The notes beneath the pieces were generated by a model. It saw only the letters and a program-made list of their open reading frames with translations. It made no database searches and was not told the DNA's origin. Of a stretch of DNA of 48,583 nt, positions 41,487 to 48,583 are shown piece by piece; the first letter of the stretch is position 1; each line of letters opens with the position of its first letter. Location: contig JALSWC010000154.1 in NCBI GenBank assembly GCA_027060825.1, positions 1 to 48,583 of the forward strand, written 5' to 3'. The stretch is from Sulfurimonas sp. Lineage in GTDB: Bacteria; Campylobacterota; Campylobacteria; Campylobacterales; Sulfurimonadaceae. Both the position numbers and the translations under genes were made by a program.

Positions 41487-42659
41487 ATGAATGTACATGA
41501 ATATCAAGCAAAACAGATTTTTGCTAAGTATGGTGTTCCAACACCAAAAGGTATAATGGTTGAAAGCGTTAAAGATGCAGTTACTGCTGCTGAAGAGCTA
41601 GGTGGTCCAGTATGGGTTGTAAAAGCACAAATTCATGCAGGTGGTCGTGGTCTTGGTGGGGGTGTAAAACTTGCTAAGAGTCTTCAAGAAGTTGAAGAGT
41701 TAGCAAATGAAATACTTGGAATGACTTTGGTAACACACCAAACTACTGCAGAAGGTAAACTTGTTCAAAAGCTTTACATTGAAGATGGAGCAGATATTAA
41801 AGATGAATTTTATCTTTCTGTTGTTTTAGATAGAAAGTTAGAGATGCCTTTAATTATGGCATCTACTGAAGGTGGAATGAATATTGAGGATGTTGCTGAA
41901 AAAACTCCTGAAAAAATCATTACAGTTCCAGTTGATCCATCTATCGGTTTTCAAGGATTTCATGGACGAGAGTTAGCGTTTGGTCTTGGAATTACAGATA
42001 AAAATGAGCAAAAAAATATTATTAGTTTTGCATCAAAACTTTATAAATTATATATGGAAAATGATGCAGAATTAATAGAAATAAATCCACTTGTAAGAAC
42101 TGGAAATGGTGAATTTTTAGCACTTGATGGTAAAATGGGATTTGATAATTCTGCTCTTGGTCGTCATCCTGATATTGCAGCGATGAGAGATTTAAGCGAA
42201 GAGGATCCAGATGAAGTTGAAGCTTCTAAATATGGTCTCTCTTATGTTGCTCTTGATGGTGAAATTGGTTGTATGGTAAATGGTGCTGGTCTTGCTATGG
42301 GTACTATGGATACAATTAACCATATGGGTGGAACACCTGCAAACTTCTTGGATGTTGGTGGGAGTGCAAATGCAGAGACTGTTGCAAAAGGGTTTGAGAT
42401 TATTCTTAAAAATCCAAATGTAAAAGCTATTTTTGTAAATATTTTTGGTGGTATCGTAAGATGTGACCGTATTGCAAATGGTATTATTGAAGCAACAAAA
42501 ATTACTGATGTTAATGTTCCTGTTATCGTTCGTCTTGATGGCACAAATGCACCAGAAGCTGCTGAAATTCTTAAAAATGCAAATATAGCAAATTTAATCG
42601 TTGGTGATGATTTAGGTGACGGTGCAGCGAAAGCTGTAGCTGCTGCAAAAGGAGAATAA
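41487..42659 (+). CDS. sucC: Succinyl-CoA synthetase beta subunit
   Basis: HEYQAK, KAQIHAGGRG, NGAGLAM, NIFGGIVRCD. Confidence 0.97.
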   Translation: MNVHEYQAKQIFAKYGVPTPKGIMVESVKDAVTAAEELGGPVWVVKAQIHAGGRGLGGGVKLAKSLQEVEELANEILGMTLVTHQTTAEGKLVQKLYIEDGADIKDEFYLSVVLDRKLEMPLIMASTEGGMNIEDVAEKTPEKIITVPVDPSIGFQGFHGRELAFGLGITDKNEQKNIISFASKLYKLYMENDAELIEINPLVRTGNGEFLALDGKMGFDNSALGRHPDIAAMRDLSEEDPDEVEASKYGLSYVALDGEIGCMVNGAGLAMGTMDTINHMGGTPANFLDVGGSANAETVAKGFEIILKNPNVKAIFVNIFGGIVRCDRIANGIIEATKITDVNVPVIVRLDGTNAPEAAEILKNANIANLIVGDDLGDGAAKAVAAAKGE

Positions 42660-42665
42660 TTAAAG

Positions 42666-43541
42666 ATGTCAATTTTAGTAAATAAAGATACAAAAGTAAT
42701 CGTTCAAGGTTTTACAGGAAAAGAGGGTTCATTTCATGCTGAACAATGTCTTGCTTATGGAACACAAATTGTTGGTGGTGTTACACCAAACAAGGGTGGT
42801 CAAGAGCATTTAGGTAAACCTGTTTTTAATACTGTGGCAGAAGCTGTAAAAAATACAGGTGCAACTGTAAGTATGATTTTTGTACCACCTGCATTTGTTG
42901 GTGATGCTGTAATGGAAGCTGCTGAGGCTGGAATAGAACTTGCTGTTATTATTACAGAAGGTGCTCCAGTAAAAGATATGCAAATGGCAAAAGCTTATGC
43001 AACAAAACACAGTATGAAAACAATTGGGCCAAACTGCCCTGGTATTATTACTGCTGAAGAGTGTAAAATTGGAATTATGCCTGGTATGATTTTCAAGAAA
43101 GGGAATGTTGGACTAATCTCAAAATCTGGTACACTTACTTATGAAGGTGCAAATCAAGTATGTAAAGAAGGTTTTGGAATTACTACTGCTGTTGGTATTG
43201 GTGGAGATCCTATTATTGGTCTTTCATATAAGCAAATTTTACCAATGTTTGAAGCAGATCCTGAAACTGAAGCAATCGTTATGATTGGTGAAATTGGTGG
43301 AGATCTTGAAATTCAAGCTGCTAAACTTATTAAAGAACAAATCACTAAACCAGTTGTTGCGTTTATTGCAGGGCAGACTGCACCTAAAGGTAAAACTATG
43401 GGTCATGCTGGTGCAATTGTTTCAGGAACTGCAGGAACTGCAGCTGAAAAAATGGCAGCACTTGAAGCAGCAGGTGTAAAAGTTGTTGTTAGTCCTGCAG
43501 AAATTGGTAAAGCAATAGCAGAAGTATTAGCTAAAAAGTAA
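42666..43541 (+). CDS. sucD: Succinyl-CoA synthetase alpha subunit
   Basis: [27 protein letters not shown]. Confidence 0.97.
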   Translation: MSILVNKDTKVIVQGFTGKEGSFHAEQCLAYGTQIVGGVTPNKGGQEHLGKPVFNTVAEAVKNTGATVSMIFVPPAFVGDAVMEAAEAGIELAVIITEGAPVKDMQMAKAYATKHSMKTIGPNCPGIITAEECKIGIMPGMIFKKGNVGLISKSGTLTYEGANQVCKEGFGITTAVGIGGDPIIGLSYKQILPMFEADPETEAIVMIGEIGGDLEIQAAKLIKEQITKPVVAFIAGQTAPKGKTMGHAGAIVSGTAGTAAEKMAALEAAGVKVVVSPAEIGKAIAEVLAKK

Positions 43542-43566
43542 TTTTAATTTTGTGTGAGCCATATTT

Positions 43567-43580
43567 TGTTACATTTTGTA
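43567..43580 (+). promoter_or_regulatory. Putative shared TCA operator upstream of oorD
   Basis: TGTTACATTTTGTA. Confidence 0.45.
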
Positions 43581-43696
43581 GTAGTATAGGGCGTTATTAG
43601 CACAACTTTAGAGTAAATTTATAGTAAGTTAGATACTCTTTTAAAATATTAGAGTAAAATGTAGTCTTAAACTATATTTTAAAATTAGGAGAATAA

Positions 43697-44047
43697 ATGG
43701 GAACTTTTAAAACTGAAAACCCAGGAAACCAACCAGTTTGGGTAAATACAAGTAATTGTAAGGCTTGTGATATTTGTGTTTCTGTATGTCCATCAGGCGT
43801 ACTTGGAATGGTTTATGAAAAAACATCTACGCTCGGTGCAATGATTTCTATTGATCATCCAGAGGCTTGTATAGGCTGTATGGAATGTGAATTGTCTTGC
43901 CCTGATTTTGCTATTTATGTAGCAGATAGAAAAGAGTTAAAAGCAGCGGGAAGTGGTTTTGCAAAATTGACAGATGATTCAAAAGCTAGACAAGCAGCAA
44001 TTGTTGCAAATAATTATATGTCTTTGGACAAAGAAGGAGCTAAATAA
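43697..44047 (+). CDS. oorD: 2-oxoglutarate:acceptor oxidoreductase, ferredoxin-like delta subunit
   Basis: Two CxxCxxCxxxCP motifs; first gene of the oor block. Confidence 0.92.
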   Translation: MGTFKTENPGNQPVWVNTSNCKACDICVSVCPSGVLGMVYEKTSTLGAMISIDHPEACIGCMECELSCPDFAIYVADRKELKAAGSGFAKLTDDSKARQAAIVANNYMSLDKEGAK

Positions 44048-45201
44048 TGGCAAGAGAAGTAATTTCAACTGGTAATGAGCTATGTGCAAAAGCTGCTATA
44101 GAGGGAGGTGCAAAATTCTTTGGTGGATATCCACTTACACCATCTTCAGAAGTTATGCATGTATCATCAGATCTTTTACCAAAAGTTGGTGGTGTAGCTA
44201 TACAAATGGAAGATGAAATTGCTGGTATATCAGCAGCATTAGGGGCTTCCATGACTGGTGTAAAATCTTTTACAGCTACATCTGGACCTGGTATTTCATT
44301 AAAAGCTGAACAAATTGGTCTTGGCTTTATTGCTGAAATTCCATTAGTTATAGTAAATGTTATGCGTGGTGGTCCATCGACTGGTCTTCCAACTCGTGTT
44401 TCTCAAGCAGATATTGGACAAGCACAATATCCAACTCATGGTGATTATGCATCAATTACATTATGTGCAGGTTCTTTATCTGAGTGTTATACAGAAACAG
44501 TAAGAGCATTTAATTTAGCTGAAAAATATATGACTCCTGTTTTTATGCTTTTAGATGAAACTATTGGACATATGCATGGAAAAGCAATGCTTCCTGATTT
44601 AGAAGAGGTTGAAAAGTCAATTGTAGTTCGTGAAAAGTTTGAAGGTTCTCCAGAAAACTATAGACCGTATGATGTTCCTATGAATAAACCAGCTGTTTTA
44701 AATCCAATGTTTCAAGGTTATAAATATCATGTTACTGGTTTACATCATGGAGCAGAAGGTTTTCCAACTGAAGATGCAGAGCAATGTGAATTTAACATAG
44801 AAAGACTTGTTGGAAAAATCAATACAGTTGCAGCAGAAAATGATGGTTTAGATGATCTACCTGATTATGAAGAGTATATGTTAGATGATGCTGATATTTG
44901 TATTATCGCTTATGGTTCTATAGGTCTTGGTGCTTATGAAGCAGTTCAAAAACTTCGTTCAGAAGGTATTAAAGCTGGTCTATTTAGACCTATTATGTTA
45001 TGGCCGTCTCCAGCGAAAAGAATTGCTGAAATAGGTGCTAAATTTGAAAATAGAATTATGGTAACAGAGCTTAATATGGGTCAATATGCTAAAGAAATTG
45101 AACGAGTTATTAAAAGAAATGATTTTGCTACTTTACTTAAAGCAAATGGTCGTCCAATCGCACCTGCTGAAATGGTAGCAAAAGTTAAGGAGATGATGTA
45201 A
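44047..45201 (+). CDS. oorA: 2-oxoglutarate:acceptor oxidoreductase alpha subunit
   Basis: GYPLTPSSE, QMEDE, TATSGPG, RGGPSTGLPT. Confidence 0.95.
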   Translation: MAREVISTGNELCAKAAIEGGAKFFGGYPLTPSSEVMHVSSDLLPKVGGVAIQMEDEIAGISAALGASMTGVKSFTATSGPGISLKAEQIGLGFIAEIPLVIVNVMRGGPSTGLPTRVSQADIGQAQYPTHGDYASITLCAGSLSECYTETVRAFNLAEKYMTPVFMLLDETIGHMHGKAMLPDLEEVEKSIVVREKFEGSPENYRPYDVPMNKPAVLNPMFQGYKYHVTGLHHGAEGFPTEDAEQCEFNIERLVGKINTVAAENDGLDDLPDYEEYMLDDADICIIAYGSIGLGAYEAVQKLRSEGIKAGLFRPIMLWPSPAKRIAEIGAKFENRIMVTELNMGQYAKEIERVIKRNDFATLLKANGRPIAPAEMVAKVKEMM

Positions 45202-46058
45202 TGGCATTTAATTATGATAAATATTTGCGTGTAAATAAGATGCCAACACTTTGGTGTTGGGGTTGTGGAGATGGTGTTATTTTAAAGGCTACTATCCGTG
45301 CCATTGAAAAAATGGGTTGGGATATGCAAAATGTATGTGTTGTATCTGGTATTGGTTGTTCAGGTCGTTTTAGTTCATACATAGATTGTAATACTGTTCA
45401 CACTACACATGGTCGTACAGTTGCTTATGCAACAGGAATTAAATTAGTTAATCCTCATGTTAATGTAATTGTAGTTGCTGGTGATGGTGATGGTTTAGCA
45501 ATTGGTGGTAATCATACTATTCATGGTTGTCGTCGTAACATTGACTTAAATTTTATTTTAATTAATAACTTTATTTATGGTCTTACAAATTCACAAACTT
45601 CTCCAACTACTCCTCGTGGTTTTTGGACTGTTTCTCAAAAGAATGGTAACATTGATCCAACTTTCAATGCTTGTAACTTGGCTATTGGGGCAGGGGCATC
45701 ATTTGTTGCTCGTGAGACAATGATTGAACCTAAAAAACTTGAAAAAGTTTTAGTGAAAGCTTTTTCTCACAAAGGTTTTAGTTTTGTTGAAGTTAATTCA
45801 AATTGTCATATTAATCTTGGTCGTAAAAATAAAATGGCTAGTGCTATGGAAAATTTAGATTGGATTAATAGTATCACTATGCCATTTAAAAAATGGGAAG
45901 CTCTTGAAGACCCTATAGAAAAAGAAAATCTTTTACCAACTGGTGTATTGAGAGAAGTTGAACAAGAAGAGTATTGTGAAATGTATGCAGAAATTCAAAA
46001 ATCTGCACAAGGTGAACGCGGAAAAATTACTCAAGCTGATTTTGAGAAAAAAATATAA
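45201..46058 (+). CDS. oorB: 2-oxoglutarate:acceptor oxidoreductase beta subunit
   Basis: WCWGCG, SGIGCS, TPP-binding GDGD...NN. Confidence 0.95.
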   Translation: MAFNYDKYLRVNKMPTLWCWGCGDGVILKATIRAIEKMGWDMQNVCVVSGIGCSGRFSSYIDCNTVHTTHGRTVAYATGIKLVNPHVNVIVVAGDGDGLAIGGNHTIHGCRRNIDLNFILINNFIYGLTNSQTSPTTPRGFWTVSQKNGNIDPTFNACNLAIGAGASFVARETMIEPKKLEKVLVKAFSHKGFSFVEVNSNCHINLGRKNKMASAMENLDWINSITMPFKKWEALEDPIEKENLLPTGVLREVEQEEYCEMYAEIQKSAQGERGKITQADFEKKI

Positions 46059-46068
46059 GGAGCTATAG

Positions 46069-46626
46069 ATGAGAGATACTTTAAGATTTACTGGTGTCGG
46101 TGGGCAGGGTGTATTACTTGCTGGTGAAATTATGGCTGCTTGTAAAATCAAAAATGGTGGATATGGGTTAAAAACTGCTACATATACTTCTCAAGTTCGT
46201 GGTGGTGCAACAGTTGTTGATATTACTCTTGATGATGAGGAAATTCGCTATCCATATGCAAATGAAGGTGAAATTGACTTTATGCTTTCTGTTGCTGATG
46301 TATCATACCAACAATTTAAAAATGGTGTAAAACCAGGTGGTATTATTGTAGTTGATCCAAATCTTGTTCACGCAACAGACGAAGATAAAAAGAAGTGGAA
46401 TATTTATGAGATTCCAATTATTACAATAGCAAAAGAAGAAGTTGGAAATGTAATTACACAGTCAGTGGTTGCTCTTGCAATTGCAAATACTATGACAAAA
46501 GTTCTTCCTGAAGAGCTGTTAGTTGAAACAATGCTTTCAAAAGTTCCAGCAAAAGTTCATGAAGTAAATAAAAAAGCTTATGCACTTGGTAAAGATTACG
46601 CTTTAGATGCAATGGGTACTAAATAG
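46069..46626 (+). CDS. oorC: 2-oxoglutarate:acceptor oxidoreductase gamma subunit
   Basis: GVGGQG, YTSQVRGG. Confidence 0.95.
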   Translation: MRDTLRFTGVGGQGVLLAGEIMAACKIKNGGYGLKTATYTSQVRGGATVVDITLDDEEIRYPYANEGEIDFMLSVADVSYQQFKNGVKPGGIIVVDPNLVHATDEDKKKWNIYEIPIITIAKEEVGNVITQSVVALAIANTMTKVLPEELLVETMLSKVPAKVHEVNKKAYALGKDYALDAMGTK

Positions 46627-46656
46627 TACTTGTTTTTCTAAAAAATATATTACTCA

Positions 46657-46687
46657 GCAGTTCCTTTTAGGGGACTGCATAATTTTT
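46657..46687 (+). terminator. Intrinsic terminator after oorC
   Basis: GCAGTTCCT-ttta-GGGGACTGC followed by ATAATTTTT. Confidence 0.65.
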
Positions 46688-46755
46688 ATAACATTTCCTC
46701 AAAATTTTTCTCCTATTTACTATTATTTTTTTTAAATTTAATGTATACTTGCATC

Positions 46756-47078
46756 AAGGTACAAGAGATGGTAACTTGAATTTCAAGAGGAAAGTCCGAG
46801 CTGCTGTAAGACAGTGTTCCATTTAACAAATGGCCGTAGTAATACGAGGGAAAGTGCAACAGAAAATAGACTGCCACTTTTAATGAAGTGGTAAAGGTGA
46901 AAAGGTGGTGTAAGAGACCACCAGTCTTTGTAGTAATACAGAGAGCTTGTAAACCCAACATGGCAGCAAGAAACAGATGGTTAGCGTCTTACAAAGCTAT
47001 TGTTTCGCTAGAGGCATAATGTAAGTTATGCAGTAGATTAATTACCATTACTACAAAACTCGGCTTATTTTGTACCTT
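46756..47078 (+). ncRNA. rnpB: RNase P RNA (bacterial type A)
   Basis: GAGGAAAGTCCGAGCT, GGAAAGTGCAACAGAAA and ACAAAACTCGGCTTA conserved blocks; P1 AAGGTACAAGA/TTTTGTACCTT; TATACT at 46744-46749. Confidence 0.95.
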
Positions 47079-47162
47079 TTATAAGATAAAACCTAAGAAT
47101 CAAAACAAAGGATTTAAAATATGATAAAATCTCTTTTTGAACAAAATCAATGTTAAATGATA

Positions 47163-47870
47163 ATGCGTTTAGATAATTATCTCGTAAAACAAGGCTTTGT
47201 TGAAAGCCGAAATAAGGCACAGACTCTTATAAAAGAGGGGCTTGTCTTTGTGAATGGAGCAATAGTTAAAAAGAGCTCTTTTCAGGTTGAAGAGGGAAAG
47301 GAAGTGACAATAAGTGAGCATAAGTCGTATGTCTCTCGTGCTGCATTTAAATTAGACGCTTTTTTAGAAGAGTTGCATTTAGATGTGCAAGGAAGAATAG
47401 CTCTTGACATTGGTTCTTCTACTGGTGGGTTTACTCAGGTGCTTTTAAAAAGAAATGTTACTGAAGTAAATGCAGTAGATGTTGGGCGTGATCAACTTCA
47501 TCACTCTTTGAGAGAAGATTCGCGAGTGAATGTTTATGAGGGGTGTGACATTCGTAAATTTGAACCAAATCGGACTTTTGATTTGGTTGTGAGTGATGTT
47601 GCGTTTATCTCTTTACTCTATATTTTAGAGGATGTGCAGAGACTTGCATCGCGAGATATTATTTTGCTCTTTAAGCCACAGTTTGAAGTGGGGCGTGAGG
47701 TTAAGCGTGATAAAAATGGTGTTGTTCTCGATAAAAAAGCCATTGCAAACGCAATGCAAAAGTTTGAAGATGCTTGTCTTTTAAAAGAGTGGAAATTGGT
47801 GCAAAAATCCCCTTCATCACTTACAGGAAAAGAGGGAAATTTGGAGTATTGTTACTACTTTAAAAAGTAG
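47163..47870 (+). CDS. tlyA: TlyA family rRNA 2'-O-methyltransferase
   Basis: S4 domain MRLD, YVSRAAFKL, DIGSSTGGFT, KPQFE, GKEGNLE; alternative ATG at 47157. Confidence 0.94.
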   Translation: MRLDNYLVKQGFVESRNKAQTLIKEGLVFVNGAIVKKSSFQVEEGKEVTISEHKSYVSRAAFKLDAFLEELHLDVQGRIALDIGSSTGGFTQVLLKRNVTEVNAVDVGRDQLHHSLREDSRVNVYEGCDIRKFEPNRTFDLVVSDVAFISLLYILEDVQRLASRDIILLFKPQFEVGREVKRDKNGVVLDKKAIANAMQKFEDACLLKEWKLVQKSPSSLTGKEGNLEYCYYFKK

Positions 47871-47879
47871 TTGTACTGT

Positions 47880-48583
47880 TTATTTGAGTAAAATTAGTGT
47901 TGCTAAACCTAAAAATACAAAAAATCCCATAGCATCTGTAGCTGTTGTGAGCAGTAGTGGCGACGCAATGGCAGGGTCAATGTTAAAGCGTTTCATAATG
48001 ATAGGTAAAAATGAACCGATAAGACCTGCTAATGAGAGGTTTATGATAATGGCTAGAGCAACAACCGCACCGAGCATTGGTTGATGAAACCAGAAGTATG
48101 CTAAAACTCCCACAACAACGCCAACTATAAGACCATTGACAATGCCAATAAGAAACTCTTTTCCCATTATTTTGTATGCCATTGTTTTGCTGATTTTTCC
48201 AAGGGCTAAACGCCGCACTGTTACGGTGACGGCTTGATTACCAACATTACCGCCAAGTGCTGCAACAACAGGCATCAGGACAGCGAGTGTGACTATTTGC
48301 TCTATTGTTCCTTTAAAATGATTTACAACTAATGCAGAGAGGAGAATTGCACAAAGGTTAATGAAAATCCATTCAAGTCTTTTTCTTTGGGCTGTAGCAA
48401 AACTTTTTTCAGCTTCATGGTGTGTTCCAAGCATATTGAGTGCCTGTTTCTCTTCTTCAACACGAATAAATATATAGGCATCATCAAAAAGAATACGCCC
48501 AAGAAGTTTTTTACTTTTATTTACAACACCAAGTGTAGAGAGGTCATTTGCTTCAAAAAGTTTTACAGCAGTATGAATGTCTG
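47880..48583 (-). CDS. mgtE: MgtE magnesium transporter, 3' part; begins beyond window end
   Basis: Frame stays open to the window edge (DIHTAVKLFEANDLSTLGVVNKSKKLLGRILFDD, CBS-like); GGNVGNQ and DPAIASPLLLTTATD. Confidence 0.92.
   Translation of the reverse strand, partial: DIHTAVKLFEANDLSTLGVVNKSKKLLGRILFDDAYIFIRVEEEKQALNMLGTHHEAEKSFATAQRKRLEWIFINLCAILLSALVVNHFKGTIEQIVTLAVLMPVVAALGGNVGNQAVTVTVRRLALGKISKTMAYKIMGKEFLIGIVNGLIVGVVVGVLAYFWFHQPMLGAVVALAIIINLSLAGLIGSFLPIIMKRFNIDPAIASPLLLTTATDAMGFFVFLGLATLILLK

Noticed and set aside
46713-46961. 82-aa minus-strand ORF
   Set aside because: Antisense to RNase P RNA
47880-48434. Truncated, membrane-only MgtE
   Set aside because: The frame stays open to the window end and encodes CBS-like sequence; window-edge artefact

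Overview
AT-rich core-genome window from a Campylobacterota (epsilon-proteobacterial) chromosome. Gene content and order suggest a Sulfurimonas-like organism (inference). It holds housekeeping genes (partial queH, cyclophilin, acs, pyrF, msbA-like, polA, ligA, ftsK, secA, lolA, lolC/E, mltG, tlyA, partial mgtE) and three flagellar-type genes. It also has a TolC-adaptor-RND operon whose permease is split into two genes, acnB plus an icd-mdh-fumC-sucCD-oorDABC (reverse) TCA cluster, tRNA-Ser(GCT), tRNA-Leu(CAA) and RNase P RNA. I see no mobile element, prophage or CRISPR array. The most notable observations are: (1) a tandem pair of uncharacterised, mutually paralogous exported coiled-coil proteins, one secreted and one a sequon-rich lipoprotein; (2) a shared TGTTWCATnnTGTA motif in front of all three TCA gene blocks; (3) queH, missed by the ORF track, apparently starting at an ATT codon; (4) the split RND pump; (5) tandem sigma28 and sigma54 promoters at flgL; (6) two candidate leaderless genes. 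All calls are from manual reading; no searches were run.
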